DNA of 64,000 nucleotides from an uncultured Clostridium sp. (GCA_902491155.1 CABUGH010000001.1:28177-92176); one strand, 5' to 3'; shown: positions 32,136 to 42,903, numbered from the stretch's first letter. Numbers and translations are program-made. Notes: generated by a model not told the origin, from the sequence alone.

Positions 32136-34262
32136 TTACCTTATTTCTTCTGTATATGGAGTAGCTGTAACATCTTCTGTAATACTCTGTAAATTCATTC
32201 CAAAATACTCTCTCATTATTTGTTTAACAGCATCTGCTGTATAATATCCATGTCCACCATTTTCTGCCATAACTACTACTGCAATTTCAGGATTATCAAA
32301 TGGTGCAAAACCCGCAAACCATGCATTTACCTTGTTTCCTGGTGCCTCAGCAGAACCAGTTTTTCCTCCAACTGCAATTTCAAAATCTTTAAATATACTT
32401 GCCGCAGTTCCTTCTTCTGTTACAGATCTCATTCCTTCTAAAACAACTTGCAAATTGTCTTTATTAATATTCAAATCCTCAGTATTACCATCTGATAATC
32501 CTAATTTTTGTTTTACAAAATTTTTTATATTATCTCTTGACTCTTCTGTCCCATCTGCCTTTCTTATTGTTTTTATAATACTTACATCTATCTTATTTCC
32601 ACCATTTGCTAACATACTAATATATTTTGCCATCTGTAATGGACTAAATTCATTATCTCCTTGCCCTATTGCTGCATTTAATGTATCACCTGGAGCCCAA
32701 TAAGATGCATCAGGATGCATTTTTGCTTTAGTTTCTTTACTTGCAAGTACTCCTGACGTTTCATCACGCAATTCTACTCCTGTTTTATTTCCCAATCCAA
32801 AATATTTTGCATATTTATCTAAAGTATCTATCTGCATTCTATCAGCAGTCTCATAAAAGAAATAATTACAAGATTTTTCTATAGCACCAATTACATTTAA
32901 AGGTCCATGGCCTCTATGGTAATCAGTATAATACCAACAATTCATTCTAGTTCCATATTTTTCATACTTTGTATAAACACCTGTATCATTAATTACCGTT
33001 TTAGGTGTAATAACACCTGATTCTAATCCAGCAATAGCTGTAACCATTTTAAATATAGAGCCCGGAGAATATGAAGTTTGTATAGCCTTATTTACCAACG
33101 GTTTTGACACATCATTAATATAACTATTCCACTTTTCTGTACTAATTCCTCCTATAAAATCAGATGGATTATATCCTGGATAACTTGCCATTGCTAAAAT
33201 CTCACCTGTTTTTACATTCATAACAACACAACTTTCAGAAATAGCATTATATGCCTTTCCAAATCCACCACTTCTTATTTTTTGCATATTTGCAGCTAAC
33301 GCATCCTCTGTTACCTTTTGCAAATTAGCATCAATTGTAAGAACAACATCTGAACCAGGAACAGCTTCTTCTGAAGTATATTCTCCAGTAATAGTTCCAT
33401 CAACAGCCATGTCAATTTGTTTTACACCTTTTTTTCCTTTTAAATACTCCTCAAAAACATACTCTATGCCTGTTTTTCCAATCATATCATTTTGATCATA
33501 AGTATCCTTTCTAGTTTTATATTCATCTGAACTAATTTTAGATGCATAACCTAATATATGTGATGCCAATGTTCCTTTTGTATATGTTCTTTCAGGTTTT
33601 ACAAAAATATTAATTCCTGGAAATTTCTCACTATTTTCAGAAAATTCTGCAACTGCCTCTCTTGGAATATCATTAGAAATAGTTACAGCCTTTGTACTAC
33701 TATAACCTTTTTGTACTATTTCATATCGAATAGCCATAATTTTTCTAGTCTCTCCATTATCTGCTTTATTAATTTTATATTTCTCTTTCATTTTAAAAAA
33801 TGCTTGCTCTGCAGTAATATCCTCAGCCAAATTATTAGATCTTTTCCAATTTGATAAATCTTCACCACTCAAAGTAAATTTAAATGGATCCATTTTTATA
33901 GGAAAAGAATCCGGATAACTAACATTATATTTTTCCAAAACATTTATCATGTTTAAAATCGTATTATTTAAATCATCTGTATCAATTTTACTCTTGTAAA
34001 GTTCAAGTCCAAATTTAGTAGTTGAAGAAACCAAAACATTTCCAGACTTATCCATTATATTTCCTCTTGTTGCCTCTAAAACACTTTCTCTTGTTAATCT
34101 TGTATTTGATTCTTCTCTATATTCTGCACCATGTATAATCTGTAAATTAAATAATTGCATTAATAAAACAATACCAACCAAATATGTAATAATTGTCATT
34201 ACATTAAATCTCAAATTTGTATTTGCATTATTTTTCTTTATTCCTCCTACTCTTCTAATCAA
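32136..34262 (-). CDS. mrdA: Penicillin-binding protein 2 (elongasome transpeptidase)
   Basis: An N-terminal TM is followed by the SIFK (SxxK), SCN and KTGS motifs. The gene lies in the mreBCD cluster. Confidence 0.88.
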   Translation of the reverse strand: MIRRVGGIKKNNANTNLRFNVMTIITYLVGIVLLMQLFNLQIIHGAEYREESNTRLTRESVLEATRGNIMDKSGNVLVSSTTKFGLELYKSKIDTDDLNNTILNMINVLEKYNVSYPDSFPIKMDPFKFTLSGEDLSNWKRSNNLAEDITAEQAFFKMKEKYKINKADNGETRKIMAIRYEIVQKGYSSTKAVTISNDIPREAVAEFSENSEKFPGINIFVKPERTYTKGTLASHILGYASKISSDEYKTRKDTYDQNDMIGKTGIEYVFEEYLKGKKGVKQIDMAVDGTITGEYTSEEAVPGSDVVLTIDANLQKVTEDALAANMQKIRSGGFGKAYNAISESCVVMNVKTGEILAMASYPGYNPSDFIGGISTEKWNSYINDVSKPLVNKAIQTSYSPGSIFKMVTAIAGLESGVITPKTVINDTGVYTKYEKYGTRMNCWYYTDYHRGHGPLNVIGAIEKSCNYFFYETADRMQIDTLDKYAKYFGLGNKTGVELRDETSGVLASKETKAKMHPDASYWAPGDTLNAAIGQGDNEFSPLQMAKYISMLANGGNKIDVSIIKTIRKADGTEESRDNIKNFVKQKLGLSDGNTEDLNINKDNLQVVLEGMRSVTEEGTAASIFKDFEIAVGGKTGSAEAPGNKVNAWFAGFAPFDNPEIAVVVMAENGGHGYYTADAVKQIMREYFGMNLQSITEDVTATPYTEEIR

Positions 34263-34294
34263 TTTATCACCTACTTCTTATCTCTAATAATACT

Positions 34295-34828
34295 CTAAAA
34301 ATATCTTGTTAATATTTTATTTCCATTATAAGTATTTTCAATATAATACCCGAATTTTTGCATTTGAGGATATAGAATAACAGTCAAAATCACATTATAT
34401 ATAACTTCCACAATTAATATTTTTATAAAATATAAAAATTCTAAATTAGTAGAAAAAATTATATAACTAGCAACATAAGAAAAAACTTCATAAAAAATAG
34501 TCAATGCTGACATCATTAACATTACTGTTATTCTACTATCCTTAGAAAAATTTTTATCGAAAATCTTTGCAAAAACACCAACTAACCCTAAAGCTATTGC
34601 TGATATTCCAACTTTACTCCTAAAAAGATAGTCCAAAAAAAATCCTAACAAAATACCATATGATACTCCCATAAATTTATTTCCAAATAAACCAATAAAA
34701 ACAATTAAAATAACAAACAAATTTGGGGATATTCCTGCTATTGTAAACCAATTAAAAAAGTTAGATTGCAGGAAATAACTAATAAATATTAATATTACTA
34801 GTACAACATTTATTATTACTTTTTTCAT
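34295..34828 (-). CDS. mreD: Rod shape-determining protein MreD
   Basis: The 177-aa polytopic membrane protein sits immediately downstream of mreC. Confidence 0.75.
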   Translation of the reverse strand: MKKVIINVVLVILIFISYFLQSNFFNWFTIAGISPNLFVILIVFIGLFGNKFMGVSYGILLGFFLDYLFRSKVGISAIALGLVGVFAKIFDKNFSKDSRITVMLMMSALTIFYEVFSYVASYIIFSTNLEFLYFIKILIVEVIYNVILTVILYPQMQKFGYYIENTYNGNKILTRYF

Positions 34829-34862
34829 TCTATCATTCCTTTCTAACTTTTAACAAATTTTA

Positions 34863-35687
34863 TTATTGTGCATTATTAATTACCAAAACAGTATCCAATT
34901 TATTAAAGTCAACCGCTGTTTCCACTTCTACATAACGGTCAATAGCATTCTTAGTAGAACTAACACTCTTTACGCTTCCAACATGTATCCCTTTAGGATA
35001 TATTCCTCCTAATCCAGAAGTCTCTATACTATCACCTTGTATAACATTTGCATCAGTTGGTATATACATTCCTTTTAATAAAGAATTATCCTCTAAAGTT
35101 CCTTTACAAACAATACTATCTTTATTAGTACTCATCAAACAACTAACAGAACTACCAGTATCTATAATTGTCTGTACCTTAGCTGTAGAACTCGTAACAG
35201 AAACAACATGTCCAACTAAACCTCTATCAGCAATCACAGTCATATTTTCCTTAATTCCATCTTTTGACCCAACATTTATAACTATTGTTTTTGAATAATT
35301 GCTAATATCTTTATTTATCACATATGCTGGTATCGTTTTATACTCACCATACTTTTTATTTAAATCCAAATATTCCTTTAAAGTCTCGTTTTCTGTTTTT
35401 ATATTTTCCAATTCACGCAAAGACTGCTCTAACTCGCTATTTTCTTGTTTCAATTTTTCATTTTCCTGTTTTAAATTATTAATATCAGCAAAAAAAGTAT
35501 CATTTCCATTTATCTTATTTTTAAAAAAAGTTAAACCATTTTGAATTGGCATAACCAATTTGTTTGCTACACTTTCAAAAAAAGAAGTATTTCTTTCTCC
35601 ATTAGAAAAAATAACAATTAAAATAAGAATAACAATTGTAATAACAATTCCCCATATTCCTGCTTTGCTTTTTTTATACATAAACAC
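34863..35687 (-). CDS. mreC: Rod shape-determining protein MreC
   Basis: An N-terminal TM is followed by a coiled coil (LKQENEKLKQENSELEQSLRELE) and a C-terminal beta domain. Confidence 0.85.
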   Translation of the reverse strand: MFMYKKSKAGIWGIVITIVILILIVIFSNGERNTSFFESVANKLVMPIQNGLTFFKNKINGNDTFFADINNLKQENEKLKQENSELEQSLRELENIKTENETLKEYLDLNKKYGEYKTIPAYVINKDISNYSKTIVINVGSKDGIKENMTVIADRGLVGHVVSVTSSTAKVQTIIDTGSSVSCLMSTNKDSIVCKGTLEDNSLLKGMYIPTDANVIQGDSIETSGLGGIYPKGIHVGSVKSVSSTKNAIDRYVEVETAVDFNKLDTVLVINNAQ

Positions 35688-36727
35688 TATCTCCTTTTAC
35701 GAGCATTTATTAAAACAGTTTTTAAATTTTCCAAATCATCCAACGTCTTACCTGTTCCTCTTACAACACAGTCAAGTGGTTCTTCTGCAACATATACTGG
35801 CATACCTGTTTCTATACTCAATAATTTATCTAAGTTTTTAATCAAAGCACCTCCACCAGCTAGCACAATACCCTTTTCCATAATATCAGCAGCTAATTCT
35901 GGTGGCGTCTTTTCTAAAGTTGCTTTTACTACTTCAACAATTTTTTGAATAGATTCTTTCATTGCTTCCTGAGCCTGTACAGAAGAAATCTTTTCGTTTC
36001 GTGGCAATCCATCTGCCAAATCTCTTCCTCTGACTTCCATAGTCATCTCTGTCATTAATGGCATAGCACAACCTATAGAAATTTTTATTTGTTCAGCAGT
36101 TGTTTCTCCAATAGCTAAATTCATTTCTCGTTTTACATAATTAACAATGTCATCATCTAATTCATCTCCTGCTATTCTAAGAGAATAGCTAACAACTATT
36201 CCTCCTAACGAAATAACAGCAACCTCTGTAGTTCCTCCACCAATATCTACAATAATACTTCCACTTGGCTCTGCAACATCAAGTGATGCACCAATTGCAG
36301 CAGCCATAGGCTCTTCTATTAAATAGACTTCCTTTGCACCTGCTTGCAAAACAGATTCTTCAACAGCTCTCTCTTCCACTTCTGTAATTCCTGATGGAAC
36401 ACCTACTACAACTCTTGGTCTACCTAAATTAAATTTTCTATCCACTTTACCAATTATATTTTTTAGCATTAATTGAGTAGCTGTAAAATCTGCTATAACC
36501 CCATCCTTTAACGGTCTTACCGCTTTAATTTGCTCAGGTGTTCTTCCTAACATTTCTTTTGCCTCTGTCCCTGTTGCCATAATAGCTCCTGATTTTCTAT
36601 CAATAGCAACAACAGATGGTTCATTCAAAACAATTCCTTTTCCTTTTACAGTCACTAAAATATTAGCAGTTCCTAAATCTATTCCTATATCTTTTGAACC
36701 AAATGAAAAAATTTTCATAATACACAT
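35687..36727 (-). CDS. mreB: Rod shape-determining protein MreB
   Basis: The ORF contains IGIDLGTANILV, the actin-like ATPase fold signature. The likely true start is MKIFSF, 9 nt inside the ORF-track start. Confidence 0.93.
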   Translation of the reverse strand: MCIMKIFSFGSKDIGIDLGTANILVTVKGKGIVLNEPSVVAIDRKSGAIMATGTEAKEMLGRTPEQIKAVRPLKDGVIADFTATQLMLKNIIGKVDRKFNLGRPRVVVGVPSGITEVEERAVEESVLQAGAKEVYLIEEPMAAAIGASLDVAEPSGSIIVDIGGGTTEVAVISLGGIVVSYSLRIAGDELDDDIVNYVKREMNLAIGETTAEQIKISIGCAMPLMTEMTMEVRGRDLADGLPRNEKISSVQAQEAMKESIQKIVEVVKATLEKTPPELAADIMEKGIVLAGGGALIKNLDKLLSIETGMPVYVAEEPLDCVVRGTGKTLDDLENLKTVLINARKRR

Positions 36728-36751
36728 TCCTTTCTAACTTAACGTCCTAAA

Positions 36752-37495
36752 TTAATTTTCATTAGCATCTGACCTTGCTTTTTGACACAATTCTCTAATA
36801 TACTCGAAAACACTCTTATATTCCAAATTTCCAATAATAATATGATCTAATAACTCTATATTAAAATCATTAAGCATATTATAAAGTTTATCAGTAAAAT
36901 GTATATCAGCTTGACTTGGAGTACTATCTCCACTAGGATGGTTATGAACCAAAACAATTCTATTTGCCCCTGTTCTCATCACACAAGAAATAATACTTTT
37001 TATATCCAAGTTTACGAAACTCGTTCCTCCAAATGCAATATCCTCTATTTTTAATAATCTATTCCTTGCATTTAGCAAAAACAACCTAGCCAATTCGCAT
37101 TTTTCATATTGAAACTCCCCCAAAACCATTTGAGCAATTTGGTCAGTATTTTTTATTAATACTCCTGTAGAGACTATAGGTCTTGAAAGCCTAATTGATA
37201 ATTCACAAATTGCTTTTAACTGTATAGCCTTTACTTTTCCAATTCCTTTTATTTTCATTAGTTCTTCTAAAGTAGCTGTTTTTAAAAAAGCTAAATCATC
37301 TCCCATTCCATTCATACCTAATTTTAAAATATTCTGTGCCAACTGAACTGAAGTCTCGTTTTTAGTACCATTTTTTATAATTATAGCTAATAATTCTGAA
37401 TTTGATAAAAATTTAGCTCCTCTTTTTTCTAATTTCTCATAAGGTCTTTCACCTTCTGGTAAATCTTTAATTTTAATTGACAAATTAATATACAA
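36752..37495 (-). CDS. radC: RadC-family JAB-domain protein (UPF0758)
   Basis: An N-terminal helix-hairpin-helix region is followed by the JAMM motif HNHPSGD. It occupies the canonical position upstream of mreB. Confidence 0.88.
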   Translation of the reverse strand: MYINLSIKIKDLPEGERPYEKLEKRGAKFLSNSELLAIIIKNGTKNETSVQLAQNILKLGMNGMGDDLAFLKTATLEELMKIKGIGKVKAIQLKAICELSIRLSRPIVSTGVLIKNTDQIAQMVLGEFQYEKCELARLFLLNARNRLLKIEDIAFGGTSFVNLDIKSIISCVMRTGANRIVLVHNHPSGDSTPSQADIHFTDKLYNMLNDFNIELLDHIIIGNLEYKSVFEYIRELCQKARSDANEN

Positions 37496-37523
37496 TCCTT
37501 TCTAGCATCAAATTTGTCCCTTA

Positions 37524-37781
37524 TTAAACTTTTCTATAAATAAAAATTGAAAGCACCATACCAATAATACTAGCAATATTAATTTTAAACATCAATCCAA
37601 ATGTTAATTTTAATATACTTAAATCCAATATAAGTGGCTCATTTAGTCCAAATTCCTGTTCAAATGAAAGCCACCATAACCATGGTACACTACTAGCTAA
37701 TTTTCCAATAAGTCCCCCAATTACTAATCCTGATAAAATAAATACCATTAATACCCATATATTTTTTTCTCTCGTTGCCAT
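37524..37781 (-). CDS. Small membrane protein (DUF4321-like)
   Basis: The 85-aa ORF has two predicted TM helices. A small membrane ORF is commonly found between maf/radC in Clostridia. Confidence 0.45.
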   Translation of the reverse strand: MATREKNIWVLMVFILSGLVIGGLIGKLASSVPWLWWLSFEQEFGLNEPLILDLSILKLTFGLMFKINIASIIGMVLSIFIYRKV

Positions 37782-38031
37782 TTTTATTCATTCCTTTCAT
37801 AAGGTATAATAAAATCGAAAAGTTCTATAATGAACTCCAATTTTTTACCTTAACTTTCGTTTTTCTATTCAATTTTTTCTTACGGTTTCACAGTTTTTAA
37901 TTAACATACGTATTATATATTGAATTTGAAAATTTTTCAAGTAATTTACATTAATTTTTCCAGAAATTATATATTTAAAAATAAAACAAAATATAGTATA
38001 ATATAGTTATGTAAACAAAGGAGGGCTTAAT

Positions 38032-38640
38032 TTGAAAATAGAAAAATTAACAAATAACAAAATAAGAATTATTTTAAAACAAGAAGACTTAAAAAACAAT
38101 AAAATAACTGCAAAATCAATTTTATCATCAAATCAATATTCACAAAAACTATTGCTAGATATTTTAAATTTCGCTCAAAAAGAAGTTGATTTTGATACAA
38201 ATGGATATAAACTACTTATAGAAACTTTTTCAACTTCTGAAGATAATATAGTATTTACTATAACTAAATTTAAAAATGAAAAAAATTCTATAAAACTAGC
38301 AAGAAAAATATCAAGCAAAATTCAAAATTTTTACATATATCAATTTAATAATTTTAATGATTTTTGCAACTTTTGTAGTACAATAAAAACAAACACCTTA
38401 TCAACATGTCCACAAGTAAAATACTCAACTCTTTATTATTATAAAAACAAATTTTATTTAACATTATCTAAATTTGATACAAAAAGCAAAAACACTTTTA
38501 ATTTTCTCTCATTAATTAACGAGTTTGCTTATTATACTACAAACAATATTAACTTTGAAAACATTTTAAAAGAACATGGAAAAATAATTATTAAAAAAGA
38601 TGCAATTTTAACAGCTAAAAAATATTTCACAAAATCTTAA
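38032..38640 (+). CDS. mecA: MecA-like adaptor protein (short form)
   Basis: The N-terminus MKIEKLTNNKIRIILKQEDLKNNKIT matches the conserved MecA start (MEIE[RK]IN.NT[IL]K[IV]..S.EDLE.RGI). It uses a TTG start with RBS AAGGAGGG. Confidence 0.7.
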   Translation: MKIEKLTNNKIRIILKQEDLKNNKITAKSILSSNQYSQKLLLDILNFAQKEVDFDTNGYKLLIETFSTSEDNIVFTITKFKNEKNSIKLARKISSKIQNFYIYQFNNFNDFCNFCSTIKTNTLSTCPQVKYSTLYYYKNKFYLTLSKFDTKSKNTFNFLSLINEFAYYTTNNINFENILKEHGKIIIKKDAILTAKKYFTKS

Positions 38641-38644
38641 ATAA

Positions 38645-38790
38645 CAAAAGCGGACATTATAGCATTAGCACTTATTAGAATATTTTAAAGTCTGCGTTTT
38701 TGTTCTCGCACGAAATTTGCAAGGCAAATTTCTGTGCATTGGTATTTTTATATTATAGGAAGTTCGAAGAACTTTCATATAATGTAAAAA
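38645..38790 (+). ncRNA. Conserved ~150-nt structured intergenic element, copy 1 (candidate sRNA or cis-regulatory RNA)
   Basis: The region is about 85% identical to 59775-59925. It has a 6-bp helix GCGGAC/GUCUGC, a long hairpin GCACGAAAUUUGC..GCAAAUUUCUGUGC and a second hairpin GGAAGUUC..GAACUUUC, and it ends at a terminator. Confidence 0.5.
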
Positions 38791-38830
38791 TGGTATAAAT
38801 TTTCTATATAAATTTATACCATTTTTATAT
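38791..38830. terminator. Bidirectional terminator (GGTATAAATTT-tctatat-AAATTTATACC)
   Basis: An 11-bp perfect stem has T-runs on both strands. It lies between the convergent mecA-like and M23 peptidase genes. Confidence 0.65.
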
Positions 38831-39849
38831 TAATATAAATAATTCTGTGGATTATATGCTACACCATTTACTCTAATCTCTAAATGTAAATGCGGTCCTG
38901 TTGAATTACCTGTTGAACCAACAGCAGCTATAACTTGACCTTGCGATACACTCTGACCTGTTGAAGCATACAAAGCATTACAATGTCCATAATATGTTTG
39001 AACACCATTACCATGTGTAATAACAATTAAATTTCCATAAGATCCCTTACGTCCAGAAAACGTAACAGTACCAGACGCTGCAGCCTTAATTGGTGTTCCT
39101 GTAGAAGCCGAAATATCTAATCCTGTATGTCTCGAAGAACGAATTCTACTTGATTCAGCAAATCTAGATGTTATAATTCCTGATATAGGTTTTATTAAAC
39201 TAATTCCTAAGCTGGTTTTCGCACCAGATATATTAAACCCTGTATTAACAGTACCCGTAGTCTTTTTAACATAACTTGTATCCGCTTTTTTTGCCACTTG
39301 AACAGTATCAGTTTTCTTTTTTTCCACATATAATTTTGCAACTGCATCATCTTGATTCGTAAATTCCTTATATTCTGTTTCATATTTTTCTGAAATAGTA
39401 ATTCCATCTATATTATCACTATTTCTTTCCTTTAATATATTTACAACATTTTCAGCTTCAATAAATGTAGGAACATAAGCCTTTTCTTCTTCATTTTCTA
39501 AAATAGCATAATACCTATAATATGTAGTACCCATATTTTTTACTTTTTCATAAATCTCATCATCATTAAACACTATTCCTCTCTTTAATAAACACAATTG
39601 ATATTCTGGCATTAGATCAACTTGTACAAAAGCAACATTTTGGCCATCACCATTTTTTATGTAATTATTAATTTTAGCCTGTAACTTTCCTTTATCTGAT
39701 GTATAACCTACTGGCTCATTATTAATTATAACCCTATATGTCGGCTTAAAAAAATAAGCAACCAAGCCAACACTTAAAAAAATTGCTATTAATAGTAATA
39801 TTACTAATTTCAAGGATTTTCGCACATGTACACATATCTTTTTTAACAT
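38830..39849 (-). CDS. M23 family metallopeptidase (LytM domain), membrane-anchored
   Basis: An N-terminal TM is followed by a C-terminal domain with HTGLD (HxxxD) and HLHLE (HxH) zinc ligands and the GNSTGPHLH motif. Confidence 0.85.
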   Translation of the reverse strand: MLKKICVHVRKSLKLVILLLIAIFLSVGLVAYFFKPTYRVIINNEPVGYTSDKGKLQAKINNYIKNGDGQNVAFVQVDLMPEYQLCLLKRGIVFNDDEIYEKVKNMGTTYYRYYAILENEEEKAYVPTFIEAENVVNILKERNSDNIDGITISEKYETEYKEFTNQDDAVAKLYVEKKKTDTVQVAKKADTSYVKKTTGTVNTGFNISGAKTSLGISLIKPISGIITSRFAESSRIRSSRHTGLDISASTGTPIKAAASGTVTFSGRKGSYGNLIVITHGNGVQTYYGHCNALYASTGQSVSQGQVIAAVGSTGNSTGPHLHLEIRVNGVAYNPQNYLY

Positions 39850-39990
39850 TATATAATTCTCTCCTTTGTAACATTACTGTAATCATATTGTAATATTGCA
39901 AAAAAAGCAAGATAAATAACTTCAAGAAAAATACGCATTTATCTCTACTTTTCTCTTTTTATCTCACTTTTTTGCTATTTTTCTCCGTTT

Positions 39991-40233
39991 TTAAGAAAAA
40001 TTAGTTTTTATGTTATTAATTTCTGTAACTGTAGCCTTTTGTGCTGGAATATAATACCCTTTTGTTTGAGCTAATTTAAACAACTCATATTGGAAACTTT
40101 CATCATTATTTCTTATTTGTTGAAAAGTTTGCCTAAGTCCCATATTTTCAGACTCAGAAATTGCTGTTTGATATGCAGTTAAATCTGCTTTTACACTACC
40201 TAAAACATCATTAACCATAGTCTTTTCATCCAT
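39991..40233 (-). CDS. Spore coat protein F (Coat_F) family protein
   Basis: The 80-aa ORF MVNDVLGSVKADLTAYQTAISESENMGLRQTFQQIRNN matches the Coat_F domain pattern. Confidence 0.55.
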   Translation of the reverse strand: MDEKTMVNDVLGSVKADLTAYQTAISESENMGLRQTFQQIRNNDESFQYELFKLAQTKGYYIPAQKATVTEINNIKTNFS

Positions 40234-40244
40234 ATTAATACCTC

Positions 40245-40442
40245 CTAATTATTTAAAAATGTCATTAATTTTTGCTTTGTATTTAAAGCATCCTGTGCTG
40301 ATTTTGAAAACAACTGCTTAATTTGTGGATCAACTGCCTGTGCAGAATATGCATTTAATTTTTGATAAGCTGTTTCATGAGCACCTATTAGATGTCTTAA
40401 ATGTTGTAATTCAACTTGTGTTAAATCTGCCATTTTTACCAC
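40245..40442 (-). CDS. Small Coat_F-like protein
   Basis: The 65-aa ORF resembles the Coat_F N-terminal half (ELQHLRHLIGAHETAYQKLNAYSAQAVDPQIKQLF). It is paired with the gene downstream. Confidence 0.45.
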   Translation of the reverse strand: MVKMADLTQVELQHLRHLIGAHETAYQKLNAYSAQAVDPQIKQLFSKSAQDALNTKQKLMTFLNN

Positions 40443-40575
40443 ATTCCTTTCTTTCTAAAAATCTTATTTTTATAGCAAAGCTACTTTTCATATTATGTAC
40501 AAAATCAAAAAAAATATAACTATGCAATATAAAAATCTTATTTGATTTTTATTTTTATACATAGTTATATAATTG

Positions 40576-42903
40576 CTAAATTATTTCTAAATTAGCATAT
40601 TTTGCCATCAATCTTTTATGACCAAATTTTTCAAACTGAATATCAACTTTTAAGTCATCATTTTCTGGCTCAATAGAAGATATTACTCCTTCTCCGAATT
40701 TTTTATGATATACTTTAGTTCCTTTTTGATATTTTGATAAATCAACATTATTAATCTGAGTTTTCTTTCCAAGTGAACTTAAAAAACTCTCCGCAGTTCT
40801 TTGGAACACACATATATTATTAGATGTTTCAACTTTTCCAGTATCTACTTTATATGTTTTTATATTACCATTATTTTTGCTTCCATATGTCCAACTAAAT
40901 GGTGAATCCCCAAAGATTTTACCTCTATTGCCAAAGTTATTATCGTCTTGACTTTCGCCTAAAGCTTCATCATATCCATCTAATAAAACTGGTGGTATTT
41001 CCTTTAAGAATCTCGATACTGGGTTGCAACTCGTAGAACCAAAAACAGTTCTTTGCCTACTAAAAGTCAAAAATAAATATTGTTTAGCTCTAGTAATCCC
41101 TACATAGCATAAACGTCTTTCTTCCTCCAGTTCCTTTGGTTCTCCAATAGATTTATATCCAGGAAAAACACCTTCTTCTAATCCAACTAAAAACACAACT
41201 GGAAACTCCAAACCCTTAGCACTATGTAATGTCATTAAAGTAACTGTATCTTCTGATTCTTCCATATTATCTAAATCACTAGACAAAGTAATTCCTTCTA
41301 AAAATTCACTTAATGTATTATCTGCTGATTCTTCCTCAAATTCAATTGCAACATTTAAAAATTCATCTAAATTTGCAATTCTATTTTCTGCTTCAATATT
41401 ATTCTCTTCTTCCAAAGCTTTAGTGTAACCTGATTTTTTTAATGTAGTAGTAATTAATTCTGAAATAGGAATATCATCTTTTTTTGCTCTTAATTCTTCT
41501 ATCAAATTAACAAACTCTCTTGAATTTAAAAATATCCTATTAAATCCGAATTTATCAGCATCTTTAATAACTGAATACATAGACTCACCTATTCTATTAG
41601 CTAATTTCTCAACATTTTCCAAACTTGCTTTACCAATTCCTCTTTTAGGTTCATTTATTACTCTTTTCAAACTCAAATTATCTGATGGATTTTGAATTAA
41701 CCTCAAATATGAAATTATATCTTTTATTTCTTTTCTTTCATAAAACTTAAGTCCACCTACAATTTTGTATGGTATACCCTCTCTATTAAAAATATCTTCT
41801 ATAGCTCTTGATTGCGTATTCATTCTATACAATACAGCAAAATCTGAATATTTAAAATATTCCTCTCTTTTCAAATTATTAATTTGTTGTACAATAAAAC
41901 TTCCTTCATCATACTCATTTTTTGCCGAATATACTTTAGGCAAATGACCTTTTTCATTATTTGTCCATAGTTCTTTTTTATATTTAACTTCATTATTTTT
42001 TATAACTGCATTTGCTGCTTTTAAAATATTACCTGTACAACGATAATTTTGTTCTAGTTTTATAATTTTAGTTCCAGGAAAATCTTTTTCAAAATTTAAA
42101 ATATTTGAAATATCTGCACCCCTAAAAGAATAAATACCTTGATCATTATCTCCAACAGCCGTAACATTTCCATTTCGTGAGGCCAACATCTTTATTAATG
42201 CAAATTGAGATTTATTTGTATCTTGATACTCATCAACTAAAATATATTGAAATTTATCCGCATAATAACATAAAATATCTTTATTATCTAACAATATTTT
42301 TATTGCATAATTTATAATGTCATCAAAATCTATAGCATTATTTTCCTTCAATCTTTTTTGATATAATTCATAAATTTTGGCAATTTGATCTTTTCTATAA
42401 TCTCCCATCGCTGTCGCAGAATACGCTGCTGGATCAAGCATTTCATTTTTCGCATTGCTTATCTCTGATTGTACACTTCTATCAGTCAATTTTTTATCAT
42501 CAATACCAAGCTCCTTCATACAACCTTTTATCATTGTTTTTTGATCTGATGAATCAAAGATAATAAAAGATGAATCAAATCCAATTCTATCTATAAACTT
42601 TCTTAATATCCTAACACATATTGAATGAAATGTTCCCATCCATATATCTTGTGCAGAATCACCAACTAAATTAGAAATTCTCTCTTTCATTTCATTTGCC
42701 GCTTTATTTGTAAAAGTAATTGCTAAAATATTCCATGGTTTTACCTGTTTTTCCTGTATCAAATACGCAATTTTATGAGTTAATACTTTTGTTTTTCCAC
42801 TTCCAGCACCAGCTATAACTAGGCATGGTCCTTCCGTATTCACTACTGCTTCATATTGTTTATCATTTAATCCCTTTAATAAGTCACTTTCTACTTCTGC
42901 CAT
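40576..42903 (-). CDS. pcrA: ATP-dependent DNA helicase PcrA (UvrD family)
   Basis: The Walker A motif AGAGSGKTKVLTHKIAYLI and UvrD motifs throughout the 775-aa ORF, plus the C-terminal Tudor-like domain, identify it. Confidence 0.92.
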   Translation of the reverse strand: MAEVESDLLKGLNDKQYEAVVNTEGPCLVIAGAGSGKTKVLTHKIAYLIQEKQVKPWNILAITFTNKAANEMKERISNLVGDSAQDIWMGTFHSICVRILRKFIDRIGFDSSFIIFDSSDQKTMIKGCMKELGIDDKKLTDRSVQSEISNAKNEMLDPAAYSATAMGDYRKDQIAKIYELYQKRLKENNAIDFDDIINYAIKILLDNKDILCYYADKFQYILVDEYQDTNKSQFALIKMLASRNGNVTAVGDNDQGIYSFRGADISNILNFEKDFPGTKIIKLEQNYRCTGNILKAANAVIKNNEVKYKKELWTNNEKGHLPKVYSAKNEYDEGSFIVQQINNLKREEYFKYSDFAVLYRMNTQSRAIEDIFNREGIPYKIVGGLKFYERKEIKDIISYLRLIQNPSDNLSLKRVINEPKRGIGKASLENVEKLANRIGESMYSVIKDADKFGFNRIFLNSREFVNLIEELRAKKDDIPISELITTTLKKSGYTKALEEENNIEAENRIANLDEFLNVAIEFEEESADNTLSEFLEGITLSSDLDNMEESEDTVTLMTLHSAKGLEFPVVFLVGLEEGVFPGYKSIGEPKELEEERRLCYVGITRAKQYLFLTFSRQRTVFGSTSCNPVSRFLKEIPPVLLDGYDEALGESQDDNNFGNRGKIFGDSPFSWTYGSKNNGNIKTYKVDTGKVETSNNICVFQRTAESFLSSLGKKTQINNVDLSKYQKGTKVYHKKFGEGVISSIEPENDDLKVDIQFEKFGHKRLMAKYANLEII

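Noticed and set aside
38645-38790. The repeated element considered as an IS or MITE
   Set aside because: It has no terminal inverted repeats, no target-site duplication and no transposase. Compensatory pairing points to an RNA structure instead.
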